A stretch of 64,000 nt of DNA from an uncultured Pseudomonadota bacterium (GCA_949295935.1 CASFMW010000011.1:6822-70821), one strand, 5' to 3'. Shown: positions 10,953 to 20,816, counted from the first letter of the stretch. The notes: generated by a model from the letters alone, not told the origin. Translations and numbers: made by a program.

Positions 10953-11065
10953 AGATTCTTCTCCTCTTCATGCAAAATATCAAAAACTGATTGATTTTTA
11001 ATTAAGCCTCGCTATAATCATTTTGAATTTTTTGTAATTATAAATTTGTAGAGGATTTTTGGCAG

Positions 11066-12529
11066 ATGTTACCACAGAAAAATAACGTGGCTCCCATTCG
11101 TAATCAAATTATCATAAAAGTAGCTCAAAGCTTTATCAAAGACCGTTTTAAAAATGCAGATGCGATTCCATCTGAGATTATGCCGGACGGTTCGTTTTTT
11201 TATCACGCATCAATTGATATCGACCGCGAAATTATAAAAAATATTGCCATGGCGGTTATGGGCTTTTCTCCGGCTGATGAAGAAGGTAAAAATAAATCTT
11301 TGAACGAATATGGCCAAGAAGCCTTGAAAAGAGAAAAACTCTTGCCGAGCAAACTCTCCGTTATTAATGTTGCCTGCCAAGCCTGCATGAAACAACAACA
11401 CGTAGTCACCAATTATTGCCGTGGCTGTGTTGCTCGCCCCTGTCAGGTAAACTGCCCCAAAGGCGCCATTTCATTTACACCGGAAAATCGCGCCCACATT
11501 AATCCTGATTTGTGCATTAACTGCGGCATCTGCTTCAACAGCTGCCCTTATAATGCCATCATCAAAGTACCGGTTCCTTGTGAAGATTCTTGCCCTGTCG
11601 GAGCAATTACTAAAGACGAGTTTGGCAAAGAACACATCGACGCCGAAAAATGTATTTCCTGCGGCAAATGCTTGCGTTCTTGCCCCTTTGGCGCCATCGT
11701 AGAACCCTATCAGATGATTGACGTTCTCAAGGCCATTAAAGACGAAGGAAAAAAAGTTGCCGCCATGCTCGCACCGGCCGTTGTCGGCCAGTTCGGCGGC
11801 ACCATTAACAACCTGATTGGCGCAATGAAAAAACTCGGTTTTGCTGATGTCTTTGAAGTTGCCGTCGGCGCCGACATCACCACCGAAAAAGAAGCTGCCG
11901 AATTCATCGAGCGCATGGAAAAAGGCGAAAAATTCATGACCACATCTTGCTGTCCGGCATACTTCCGCGCCGCCAAAACTGCCATTCCGGAAATTGCTCA
12001 TTATGTATCAGACACTCACACGCCGATGTATTATGCAGCAGAACAAATCAAAAAAGAACATCCGGAATACACAACTGTTTTTGTTGGCCCTTGCTATGCC
12101 AAACGTGTTGAAGCAGAGTCTGACCCATTTGTAGATTATGTTATCACCTTCGAAGAATTGGGCGCAATGTTTGAAGCTGACGAAATAGATGTAGCCACCT
12201 CTCCGGCAGAAGAATTTTCTGAAATCTCTTGCTACCAAGGACGCCAATTTCCGGTTACCGGCGGTGTTGCCGGAGCCGTTAAGTCTTTGGTCGAAGGAAA
12301 GGCCGAGATTCGTCCTGAAATGGTTGACGGCTTAACCAAAGAAAGCCTCAAACTACTCAAACGTTACGCTCTCAAAGGCTGTGACAACAACATGATTGAA
12401 GTCATGTGCTGCGAAGGCGGTTGCGTTGCCGGCCCCGGCTGCTTAGCTATGCCAAAGAAAGCCGCTGTCGCTGTTGGTAATTATGTTAAAACCGGTCAGG
12501 ACTTAAAACAAAAGCTGGAATCAAAATAA
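11066..12529 (+). CDS. [FeFe]-hydrogenase-like protein (2x 4Fe-4S ferredoxin domains + H-cluster domain)
   Basis: CINCGICFNSCP and CISCGKCLRSCP clusters. H-cluster signatures TSCCPAY, GPCYAKR, EVMCCEGGCVAGPG. Confidence 0.85.
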   Translation: MLPQKNNVAPIRNQIIIKVAQSFIKDRFKNADAIPSEIMPDGSFFYHASIDIDREIIKNIAMAVMGFSPADEEGKNKSLNEYGQEALKREKLLPSKLSVINVACQACMKQQHVVTNYCRGCVARPCQVNCPKGAISFTPENRAHINPDLCINCGICFNSCPYNAIIKVPVPCEDSCPVGAITKDEFGKEHIDAEKCISCGKCLRSCPFGAIVEPYQMIDVLKAIKDEGKKVAAMLAPAVVGQFGGTINNLIGAMKKLGFADVFEVAVGADITTEKEAAEFIERMEKGEKFMTTSCCPAYFRAAKTAIPEIAHYVSDTHTPMYYAAEQIKKEHPEYTTVFVGPCYAKRVEAESDPFVDYVITFEELGAMFEADEIDVATSPAEEFSEISCYQGRQFPVTGGVAGAVKSLVEGKAEIRPEMVDGLTKESLKLLKRYALKGCDNNMIEVMCCEGGCVAGPGCLAMPKKAAVAVGNYVKTGQDLKQKLESK

Positions 12530-12558
12530 TTTTTCCCCAAAAGGAAGAAAGGACTGCC

Positions 12559-13854
12559 ATGAAAGTTGCAATTATCGGAACAGGCTATGTCGGATTGCCG
12601 ACAGGTGTGGGTTTGGCTGAACTCGGAAACGAAGTAATTTGCATAGACCGAGACCCTTCTAAAATAGAGCGCTTGAACAATGGCATTCTCACCATTTTTG
12701 AAGATGGCCTTGAAGAGCTTTTCAAAAAAAATGTCGCCCAAAAGCGGATTCGCTTTACCACATCAATGAAAGAAGGCGTCTCCGCTGCTGACATTGTTTT
12801 GATTGCCGTCGGCACACCACCACACCCAATAACCAAAGAAGCCGACATGAAATATATTCATGCCGCAGCGACCGAGCTTGCCGAATACTTAAACGGCTAC
12901 ACGGTTATTGCCACAAAATCAACCGTTCCCGTCGGAACCGGTGATGATGTCGAAACCCTGATTCGCAAAAAAAATCCAACTGCCGATTTTGACGTCGTAT
13001 CTTTGCCCGAGTTTTTGCGTGAAGGCTATGCCATTCATGACTTTTTTAATCCGGACAGAATCATCATCGGCGCCAATTCGGAACGCGCTTGCCAGCTTGT
13101 CAAACAGCTCTACACCCCCTTTGCTGACAAAACAACGATTCTCTGCGTCAAACGCCGCTCTTCGGAAACAATCAAATACGCCTCAAATGCTTTTTTAGCC
13201 ATGAAGATTCACTACATCAATGAGATGTCAAACTTCTGCGAAAAAACCGGCGCTGATGTTTTTGAGGTAGCGCAAGGCATGGGACTTGATTCGCGCATTG
13301 GCAACAAGTTTCTAAACCCCGGCCCCGGATACGGTGGCAGCTGTTTTCCCAAAGACACCAACGCCATGGCCTATATGGCTCGCCAAAACGGTGTTAACTT
13401 ATCGCTGATTGAAGCCACAATCAAAGGAAATGAAGCCCGTTATGGCCAAATGGCAGAAAAAATTCTAAAAGCAGCAAAATCCGATTCGCCCAAAGTCGGC
13501 GTCTTAGGTCTTGCTTTTAAGAATGGAACAGATGATTGCCGCATGTCACCGGCTCTGTCAATCGTACAAGAGCTCATTCAGCGCAATGCTCAACTAACTG
13601 CCTTTGATCCTAAGGCAATGGACAACGCCCGCCTCATTCTCGGCGATAAAATTTCTTATGCCCCAGATATATATGAGGTTATGAAAGATGCTGACGTATT
13701 GGCCATTTTGACCGAATGGAGCGACTTTAAAGACATTGACTTATCAAAAGCTGCTGAATTGATGAAACAGAAAGTTATTGTCGACTGCCGCAATCTGCTC
13801 AACAAAGACCAAGCAATTGAAGCCGGCTTTGAATATCAAGGCATTGGCCGCTAA
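12559..13854 (+). CDS. ugd: UDP-glucose 6-dehydrogenase
   Basis: N-terminal Rossmann motif IIGTGYVGL, catalytic GGSCFPKD. 431 aa. Confidence 0.92.
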   Translation: MKVAIIGTGYVGLPTGVGLAELGNEVICIDRDPSKIERLNNGILTIFEDGLEELFKKNVAQKRIRFTTSMKEGVSAADIVLIAVGTPPHPITKEADMKYIHAAATELAEYLNGYTVIATKSTVPVGTGDDVETLIRKKNPTADFDVVSLPEFLREGYAIHDFFNPDRIIIGANSERACQLVKQLYTPFADKTTILCVKRRSSETIKYASNAFLAMKIHYINEMSNFCEKTGADVFEVAQGMGLDSRIGNKFLNPGPGYGGSCFPKDTNAMAYMARQNGVNLSLIEATIKGNEARYGQMAEKILKAAKSDSPKVGVLGLAFKNGTDDCRMSPALSIVQELIQRNAQLTAFDPKAMDNARLILGDKISYAPDIYEVMKDADVLAILTEWSDFKDIDLSKAAELMKQKVIVDCRNLLNKDQAIEAGFEYQGIGR

Positions 13855-13869
13855 CTTTAATAAAATCAT

Positions 13870-14751
13870 TTAGCTGAAATAAATTCCCGTAACAGAAACA
13901 CTGCCCAATAAAACAGCAATCAGTTTCTTTACGGTGAATTTATCTGTCTTCAACACAACTGAGAGCAAAAACAACAAAAAAGCTCGCATCTGAGAAATAA
14001 CAATAACAACCGTCGGCGCATCATTATTAAAACTTATGGTCTCAAAAATATAATAGATTGCTTCAAAACAACCGATAAGCAAACAAAGCAGATAGATATT
14101 TCCCCACCTTTTGGAAGCAACATCTGACACTGCTTTATTTTCTTTTCCAAACCTAAAACTTTGATACGCAAAATAAGGCACAGCCAAAAGATAATAGCCA
14201 AGATTGATACCGATTTCATTTGCCCCATGAAAAGCCGCCAGCTTAACCAAATAAGGCCCTGCCAAATAGAGCAACACCGAAAGAATAATATACACAAAGC
14301 CAATGGTCTTTATGCTTTTAACACTGTCTTTTCCCTTTTTCAGGCTGTTTTCCGTAAACAGAAAAATCGAAAACACAAAAAGTGAGAGCATCAACACAAA
14401 ATAAAGCGTCAGCTCAACATAGCCCATAGCAGCATCAATCATAAAGGTCAAAAACAAACTGCTGGCTTCAATCAACCCGATAAGGGCTAAGGGAATATAT
14501 TTTAACGATTTCACAAAAAAGATATAACTGGCCAAGATTAAAACCGAATGCAACACAACCGCCCCGACAGAGGCTAAAGGAATGGCTATTCCCAACCCTA
14601 TTCCGACAAAAAATTGAACCAGCGCAGCCGTCAAGGCCGTTAAAAACAATACCTTGTGATAATTAAAACGATTAACCGAATAATCCAACAAAGAATCACA
14701 AAAAGAATTAGAAACGCTGGATATAATGGCTGTATATCGACTTGAACTCAA
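13870..14751 (-). CDS. polytopic membrane protein, DMT/EamA-like permease
   Basis: About 10 predicted TM helices in two similar halves. No stronger signature. Confidence 0.5.
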   Translation of the reverse strand: MSSSRYTAIISSVSNSFCDSLLDYSVNRFNYHKVLFLTALTAALVQFFVGIGLGIAIPLASVGAVVLHSVLILASYIFFVKSLKYIPLALIGLIEASSLFLTFMIDAAMGYVELTLYFVLMLSLFVFSIFLFTENSLKKGKDSVKSIKTIGFVYIILSVLLYLAGPYLVKLAAFHGANEIGINLGYYLLAVPYFAYQSFRFGKENKAVSDVASKRWGNIYLLCLLIGCFEAIYYIFETISFNNDAPTVVIVISQMRAFLLFLLSVVLKTDKFTVKKLIAVLLGSVSVTGIYFS

Positions 14752-14822
14752 AACGCCTCTCTCAATTGTTTCAGCTTATATATTTTAAATAACTTTGATT
14801 AAAATTTTATAAAGAGCAACAA

Positions 14823-14846
14823 TAAAAAAGCCGCCATAACGGCGGC
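14823..14846 (-). terminator. rho-independent terminator after tRNA-Pro
   Basis: gccgcc/ggcggc stem with a 5-nt loop, followed by a T-run on the minus strand. Confidence 0.8.
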
Positions 14847-14853
14847 TAATACT

Positions 14854-14930
14854 TGGTCGAAATGACTGGACTCGAACCAGCGACCTCTTCGTCCCGAACG
14901 AAGCGTTCTACCAGGCTGAACTACATTTCG
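14854..14930 (-). tRNA. tRNA-Pro (anticodon CGG)
   Basis: Hand-folded cloverleaf. Acceptor CGAAATG/CATTTCG, D stem GTTC/GAAC, anticodon stem CTTCG/CGAAG with loop TTCGGGA, T arm GCTGG-TTCGAGT-CCAGT, encoded ACCA. Confidence 0.9.
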
Positions 14931-15024
14931 AACAATCGAACAGTGATATGTTTATCACATAAAAAAATTTTTACAATACCTAATTTTAAATTTTTTTGAA
15001 AAAATTTAAATTAAAAGCCCAAAT

Positions 15025-15687
15025 TTACATTTCTATTTTTATTTCCAAGCGATTATTGAGCTTCTGATTCTGCGGAATAGTCTCGCCATAAGCATCCATA
15101 TTCGGATATTTAGGAGACACGCCTGCCATTCCGGTTGCCCGTAGCCGAACACTTTCAACACCCATACTAACCAGCTCACGCACCACGGCACCTGCTCTGG
15201 CTGAAGACAATTCCCAGTTAGATGGATAAATATCACTTTTGAAATCGCGATTATCGGTATGCCCTTCCACCACGATTCGATAGCGTTTATACTTATTGCT
15301 GTTCAGCAAAGCCGCAATCTTGCGCAAAGCCTCAACCCCATCAGGTTTTATAACAGCACTTCCTTCATCAAATAAAAACAATCCGGCAATATCCAAAACC
15401 GCACCATTAGGATCAGAACCCAAACCAACATTATCACCAAGTTTCAAATCTTTGGCATCTTCCAAAAAATTCAGCACAGAACCATTCATCTGATCTGCTG
15501 ATAATGTATGAAAAGCCGCCGCAAAAACATATTCCATCTGCCCCATTTTGGCCTTATCCAAACTAGATGAAGCAAATAACACAATAAACAACGCAAGGAG
15601 CAGAGTCAACAAATCCGAATAAGGAATAAGCCAGGTTTCGTCAGCATGTTCCTCATGCGGCTCTGAATGTGGCTTTTTCTTAACCAT
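15025..15687 (-). CDS. motB: flagellar motor stator protein MotB
   Basis: N-terminal TM with WLIPYSDLLTLLLALF and a C-terminal OmpA-like domain (VEGHTDN...SNWELSSARA). Confidence 0.88.
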   Translation of the reverse strand: MVKKKPHSEPHEEHADETWLIPYSDLLTLLLALFIVLFASSSLDKAKMGQMEYVFAAAFHTLSADQMNGSVLNFLEDAKDLKLGDNVGLGSDPNGAVLDIAGLFLFDEGSAVIKPDGVEALRKIAALLNSNKYKRYRIVVEGHTDNRDFKSDIYPSNWELSSARAGAVVRELVSMGVESVRLRATGMAGVSPKYPNMDAYGETIPQNQKLNNRLEIKIEM

Positions 15688-15690
15688 GGA

Positions 15691-16476
15691 TTATTTCTCC
15701 TCTTTGTCATCTTCTTGTTTTTTACGTTCCGAAACAGGAATAAAAGCCTGCAGCTTGGCTTCCATGGCTAAAGAAGAAGCACCTGACTGCAAAGCCAAAG
15801 CCCCTTCCATCACCATTTTTTTCACTTCAACTTCCTCTTGAGAAATTTGTTTAAGCTTGTTTGAAAACGGATGCCACAACACATAACCGGTAAAAATACC
15901 GAGCAATGTAGCAACGAAAGCCGCCGCGATTGAATGCCCAAGCTGATCAATATCAGACAAATTTCCAAGCGCAGCAATCAAACCGATAACCGCACCCAAC
16001 ACACCAAGCGTCGGCGCATACATACCGCATTGCGCAAAGACCAACGCACCGGAGCGATGCCGCTCTTCCATTTGCTTAATATCTGCTTCAAGCACTTCAT
16101 AAATAAAATCGGCATTAAAACCATCTGCAACAAGGGTCAAGCTGGTTTTAATAAACGGATCATCAACTTCATTGGCTTTTTTCTCAATAGCCATAACCCC
16201 TTCTTGTTTTGCAGCCTTTGCGGCCGAAACAAAAAGCTCCAAAACCTCCTGCTTGGAAGTAATTTTCTTTCCGCAAAAAATAATCTTAAAAAGCTTCGGA
16301 ACTTTTTTCAGCCCCTTCATGGTAAAGGCATTAAAAATAGCGGCAGCCGTTCCGGCAAAAATAATCAAAAAGGCCGCCGGATTAATCAAAGCATGAGGGT
16401 CGGCACCTTTCAACGCCATACCGACGCCAACGGCGGCAATACCGCCAAACACACCGATAAGAGTAGACTTTTCCAT
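15691..16476 (-). CDS. motA: flagellar motor stator protein MotA
   Basis: 261-aa four-TM MotA/TolQ/ExbB-type channel immediately upstream of motB. Confidence 0.88.
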   Translation of the reverse strand: MEKSTLIGVFGGIAAVGVGMALKGADPHALINPAAFLIIFAGTAAAIFNAFTMKGLKKVPKLFKIIFCGKKITSKQEVLELFVSAAKAAKQEGVMAIEKKANEVDDPFIKTSLTLVADGFNADFIYEVLEADIKQMEERHRSGALVFAQCGMYAPTLGVLGAVIGLIAALGNLSDIDQLGHSIAAAFVATLLGIFTGYVLWHPFSNKLKQISQEEVEVKKMVMEGALALQSGASSLAMEAKLQAFIPVSERKKQEDDKEEK

Positions 16477-16547
16477 AGTATTCCTTTCTATAAACTTATG
16501 ATTAACCTAGCAAACACTTGTTAAATTTCCGTTAAATCAGAAAGGAA

Positions 16548-17654
16548 TCAGTGTTTGAGCTTCCAATATTTTGCAACACCAGCGGCAACAATACCACAAA
16601 ACAGACTCAAAAGCGCTCCCATCTTGGCAGCATCTTTAAGAGTGTCTTCTTCAAAAGCAATATCTGCAATAAACAAAGACACCGTAAGCCCAACGCTAGC
16701 AACTAATCCAAGCAATAACAAATCACGATTAGCCAAACCTTTCCCTCGAGCAAAAGGCATTGCATAGGCCAATTTTGCAAAACCATAAATACCCAAAGTT
16801 TTACCCAAACATAAAGACAAAAAGACAATCAAACTCAAAGAAGAAATATTACTTAGAACTACACCGGCATTTGTCAAACCAAAAAAGAACAATCCCCAAT
16901 TGACCACCGGCTTAAGCAATACCTCAAGCTTGTGCAAAGGCAGAGAAGCGGATTTTCCATCTTTCATAAAAGGAACAATCCATACGAGAGCTAAGGCCGG
17001 ATGCAGCCCCGCACAAAACATTCCCACCCAAGAGATGACTGCCGGCAAAATATAAGGATAAAAAGAGGTCAAGCGGCACCGACGCAAACCATAGCTAAAC
17101 AGCATAGCAACGACTATCAGTATCAAAAATATCGGTTGCACGCTTTTTTCCGGCGAAGGATAAAACACTGCAATAATTCCCAGCCCGATAAAATCATCAA
17201 CCACCGCCAAAAACAGCAAAAAGATCAAGGCCGGATGCTTGTTTGGAAAAATCAATTTTGCAAAAAGCAAAGCAACCGCCACATCTGTTGCCGTCGCAAT
17301 CGCCCAACCGGAAGAATAAACCTCACTCCCCCAAACAGCATTCAAAACAAAAAACAAAATGATGGGAAGAACAACCCCACCCAAAGCGGCAAATATATTT
17401 GTGAGAGCCTTTCCTAAAGGATGAAGATTACCTTGCGGTGAAAACTCATGAACAATCTCAATAGAAATAAGCCCAAAAAACAACACTAAAAAAATCTCAT
17501 TAACAATAAAATGAAGATCAAGATTATAAAAAATTTTATAATGCAAAAAAGAAGAATAAGACTGATAATCAAAGTTTGCCCAAAAAAGAGCAATAAAAAT
17601 ACCAAAAATCAGTGGAAGAGAATTATTTTCTATAAAATGCAGAAATCTATTCAT
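16548..17654 (-). CDS. nhaA: Na+/H+ antiporter NhaA
   Basis: Polytopic protein with the NhaA signature LAVVDDFIGLGIIAVFY. Confidence 0.9.
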   Translation of the reverse strand: MNRFLHFIENNSLPLIFGIFIALFWANFDYQSYSSFLHYKIFYNLDLHFIVNEIFLVLFFGLISIEIVHEFSPQGNLHPLGKALTNIFAALGGVVLPIILFFVLNAVWGSEVYSSGWAIATATDVAVALLFAKLIFPNKHPALIFLLFLAVVDDFIGLGIIAVFYPSPEKSVQPIFLILIVVAMLFSYGLRRCRLTSFYPYILPAVISWVGMFCAGLHPALALVWIVPFMKDGKSASLPLHKLEVLLKPVVNWGLFFFGLTNAGVVLSNISSLSLIVFLSLCLGKTLGIYGFAKLAYAMPFARGKGLANRDLLLLGLVASVGLTVSLFIADIAFEEDTLKDAAKMGALLSLFCGIVAAGVAKYWKLKH

Positions 17655-17718
17655 ATCAAATTCCTCAGTAAAAAACCCTCTCTAGAAATAAGATAAAAAA
17701 ATAAAATAATCAAGAGAA

Positions 17719-17747
17719 ACAGGCCACCTTTAACATCGGTGACCTGT
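17719..17747 (-). terminator. probable cspA terminator
   Basis: 10-bp stem acaggccacc/ggtgacctgt (one mismatch) followed by T-rich sequence on the minus strand. Confidence 0.5.
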
Positions 17748-17808
17748 CTAAATTACTCGTAAACAACAAACAAAAAAGAACCGAGGAAATTTTTAGTTGT
17801 GAGAAAAA

Positions 17809-18027
17809 CTATTTTTTTGCATCAGCCAGAACTGCAAGATTTCCGGCAGCAATACGTCCTTTGTCATTGTAAAGTTCATAACTCATGCGAGATCCTTCAA
17901 TAATAGGATTAATGCCTGCTTTTTGCATTTGAGTAATATGAACAAACACATCTTTTCCACTGTCATCAGCAGTAATAAAACCATAACCTTTTTTAGAATT
18001 AAACCACTTCAAAACACCTGATAACAT
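17809..18027 (-). CDS. cspA: cold-shock protein (CspA family)
   Basis: 72 aa. RNP1/RNP2 motifs KGYGFI and VFVH. Confidence 0.93.
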   Translation of the reverse strand: MLSGVLKWFNSKKGYGFITADDSGKDVFVHITQMQKAGINPIIEGSRMSYELYNDKGRIAAGNLAVLADAKK

Positions 18028-18810
18028 AAAACCTCCTTCATTGCACAGAACAAATCTACTTTAAGTTGAATTAGTTTAACATTACACTAATATAAATAAT
18101 ACCATTAATTGTAGTTGTCAAACTAATTCTAATAAAATAAAACTAAAAATCAGTCCAAATTTTAGCCAACGACACAAAAGAACAATAGATTTTTTAACTA
18201 TAACATATTAAAATATCATAATATTCTAATAAATAGTTGCAAAAAAAGAACTGATATAAATTCATATCGAACAAACAAGCTCAAATATAAAATTTATGAT
18301 TAAAGTCCACCGACTCGCAAAAGCTAAATAATCCAAGCATAATATAAAGAAATTAATCATCTTATAAATTTAGTATAGAAAGGCTACACCAAAAAAGAAG
18401 ACTAAAATTTTATATAACTGAGATATAAAAAAAGCTATAGCGAGAGAATAAATTTGCCTCCAAAGTAACTATGTCACAAGAAACAAAATAGTCCAATTTC
18501 CCGTCCCAAACAAAAAATACATAATAACAAATTTCTTTATATTTATTAGAAAAGTCGAATATATTAATTTGTAAAAAAGATGTATTTTAATAGCAACGGT
18601 ACAACTTAAAAATAATATTATTAGGAAAAAATTCAATAGGTTACACAAAAAACAGATTCAACTGTGGATTAAATACATAGGACAAGGACAACTTTCCTAA
18701 AAGCTGATATTAAAATTTTTGAAAATAAATAAATTTCTTATAAAGATGCTTCAAGCAAACATTATATAAACTTTCCCTTGCAATATATTCTGTTGCTGTT
18801 TATACTCCAA

Positions 18811-18968
18811 CTGTCGGTTAGAGGTAACCGACGGTGCCTCAAAAACACCTACATAATAATAAAATCCTCCGCTTATATCGGGCGGAGTGCCGGTAATATA
18901 TAGAATAACGGCGACTGTATTATGTCAGTTTTTGAGCTCCGCCTGCCTTCTTGGCAGGCTTTGTTTTT
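18811..18968 (+). promoter_or_regulatory. orphan attenuator/riboswitch-like leader with three mutually exclusive helices and an intrinsic terminator
   Basis: A 10-bp hairpin with a GAGG loop lies at 18811-18834. Segment 18881-18887 (ggcggag) can pair with 18867-18872 or with 18937-18943. The latter pairing overlaps the 5' arm of the terminator gcctgcc(18941-47)/ggcaggc(18953-59), which is followed by tttgttttt. Confidence 0.35.
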
Positions 18969-19069
18969 ACGTTTTTGAATAAAACAAAAGGAGCTGAAAA
19001 TGGGAATAAAAAAAATAAATTGGGAAGAATGAGTCGAGTAGTAGGCGTCAAGGGCAAAAGTATCACTGC

Positions 19070-19160
19070 CGCAAAAGAAAGCACTTGAATGTGCTTTCTT
19101 TAAGGATAAGCAATGAGACTTTCCTTTGTTAGAATGCGACAGCTTTCGCAACAAAGGTTT
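19070..19160 (-). ncRNA. candidate small RNA (speculative)
   Basis: On the minus strand: a TATAAT box (19167-19172), the stem cctttgtt/aacaaagg, then a terminal hairpin gaaagcac/gtgctttc followed by TTTTG. No family identified. Confidence 0.2.
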
Positions 19161-19206
19161 AGGACCATTATACAAACTTTGTAAAAATTCGGAGAATAGT
19201 TACAGA

Positions 19207-19287
19207 TAGAGGCATTTCTAGCTGCGAGAAAAATTTTAGTGTACACAGAAGTACATGAATTTTTCGAGACAGCGTAAAATGCCTCTA
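19207..19287. repeat. 81-nt extended imperfect hairpin just downstream of the OMP gene stop
   Basis: Outer arms tagaggcattt (19207-17) and aaatgcctcta (19277-87). Inner matched blocks gaaaaatt/aatttttc and tgtac/gtaca. Confidence 0.5.
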
Positions 19288-19309
19288 GATGTGCTGTTAT
19301 ACGAATTTT

Positions 19310-19912
19310 TTAGAAGACGTAGCGCGCCCCCACATAAAACTCATGCGCTCTGACCGATGCATGGTCAATTTCACCCATGTGCCAAAAACGATAACCGATA
19401 TCAGCATTGATACGAGTTGTAACTTGAGCAGACAAACCACCACCAACGGCCCATGTGAAGTTGCTTTCGCTATAAGAATTTTTACGAAGATTTCCTTCTC
19501 CAAGCAACATAGTTGTAGAAGAATCAAGATTACTGATACCGATACCAGCCATAATATACGGTGTAAACATGGTATAAGGTGACAAATCAACATAAACGTT
19601 CCACATATAAGAATCGGACTCAAAATCAGAACCGGCACCAAAACCTTCGCTATGATCGGTTTTTTCTCTCCAAGTATATTCCAACTCTGTACGGAAATAT
19701 CCATAACGATAACCAAGAGCAATACCGGCAATCAAACTATTATCATCAACATCATAACGTGTATCAAGGGTTTTGGTATTATCACCGACATTATGATTAA
19801 TAATACCACCGCGAACCCCGACGTATAATCCGTCACAACCGGCTTGAGCCGTACCAGCCAATCCGAGAGTTAAAGCTGCTGCCGAAACGACTGTCAAAAA
19901 CTTTTTAGCCAT
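19310..19912 (-). CDS. small beta-barrel outer-membrane protein (Omp25/OmpA_membrane-like)
   Basis: Signal peptide MAKKFLTVVSAAALTLGLAGTAQA, alternating beta-strand pattern, C-terminal GARYVF. I chose the start at the second Met. Confidence 0.8.
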   Translation of the reverse strand: MAKKFLTVVSAAALTLGLAGTAQAGCDGLYVGVRGGIINHNVGDNTKTLDTRYDVDDNSLIAGIALGYRYGYFRTELEYTWREKTDHSEGFGAGSDFESDSYMWNVYVDLSPYTMFTPYIMAGIGISNLDSSTTMLLGEGNLRKNSYSESNFTWAVGGGLSAQVTTRINADIGYRFWHMGEIDHASVRAHEFYVGARYVF

Positions 19913-20075
19913 AAAAAGAACTCCTAAACTAAAGTGCAAACTTACAAATATTATTTATTTTGTCCAAAAATATACAATAATATTAGAAATTATGCAAGCT
20001 TTTTTTTCTAAAAAAACTAGCCTCAGCTTAGCAGACAAATCTTAATATGTGATTAACGTATAATTATTTGATTTT

Positions 20076-20816
20076 TCAAGAAAAAGAATTAACGAGTGAG
20101 CCAGCGAGCATATACCATCCGTCAATCAGCACAAAAAAGATTACCTTAAACGGCAAAGCCAAAACCGTTGGCGGCAGCATCATCATACCCATAGACATCA
20201 GTACGGAGGCGATCACCATATCAATAATCAAAAACGGAATAAAAATAAGAAAACCGATTTCAAAGGCGCGACGCAATTCGCTAATCATAAAAGCCGGCAC
20301 AGCAATTTTAAGCGGAGTATCCTCAACCTTTTCAGCAGGTTTTTCTTTAGCCAAATCCGTAAAAAGGAGCAAGTCTTTTTCACGCGTATTTTTCACCATA
20401 AATTCCTTAAGCGGAATAACAGCCTTATCGATTCCTTCAGAGATTTCAACTTTTTCCTCATACATAGGTTTAACCCCCTCTTCCCAAGATTTTTCAAGAA
20501 CAGGAGACATAATAAACAAGGTCATAAACAAGGCCAGAGAGATAAGAATCATATTGGGCGGAGTTGATTGAGTAGAAAGTGCACTGCGCGTAATAGAAAG
20601 CACCACGATGATTCGCGTAAACGAAGTCATCATCACCAAGATACTCGGCGCCAAAGACAATAGCGTAATCAATAAAATAACGTTAAAAATTCTGGCAACG
20701 GCAGACCCGCTCTCCTGCCCCTGAACATCAAGAGTCACACTCTGTGCCCAAGTCACATCGGCAGCAAAAAATACCACCGCAAAAATCAGCCCCAAAAACA
20801 AAAACCGCTTAGTCAT
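20076..20816 (-). CDS. fliP: flagellar export apparatus protein FliP
   Basis: Conserved FliP blocks (SFTRIIVVLS, PPNMILISLALF, FMISELRRAFEIGF). Start taken at MTKRF, overlapping fliO by 8 nt. Confidence 0.93.
   Translation of the reverse strand: MTKRFLFLGLIFAVVFFAADVTWAQSVTLDVQGQESGSAVARIFNVILLITLLSLAPSILVMMTSFTRIIVVLSITRSALSTQSTPPNMILISLALFMTLFIMSPVLEKSWEEGVKPMYEEKVEISEGIDKAVIPLKEFMVKNTREKDLLLFTDLAKEKPAEKVEDTPLKIAVPAFMISELRRAFEIGFLIFIPFLIIDMVIASVLMSMGMMMLPPTVLALPFKVIFFVLIDGWYMLAGSLVNSFS

Noticed and set aside
11471-12001. 176-aa minus-strand ORF inside the hydrogenase-like gene
   Set aside because: It is antisense to a gene with strong conserved motifs. The translation is Gly/Ala/Phe-rich, typical of a shadow ORF.
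19000-19032. 10-codon ORF (MGIKKINWEE) with a good AAGGAG Shine-Dalgarno
   Set aside because: Too short and unremarkable to call as a gene. It is mentioned only within the attenuator finding.
19100-19130. GGAAAGTC motif on the minus strand, reminiscent of the RNase P RNA P4 region
   Set aside because: The required complementary P4 3' strand (ACAGAA followed by the complement of the motif) and other conserved RNase P blocks are absent nearby.
18873-19175. 100-aa minus-strand ORF in the long intergenic region
   Set aside because: Low-complexity, Ser/Phe/Lys-rich translation with no RBS. It spans several strong hairpins and terminators, so it is more likely non-coding.
18030-19300. Possible two-piece alphaproteobacterial tmRNA (ssrA)
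   Set aside because: No T-loop (GGTTCGA/GGTTCAA) with an acceptor-CCA end, and no ANDN...AA-type tag reading frame on either strand.
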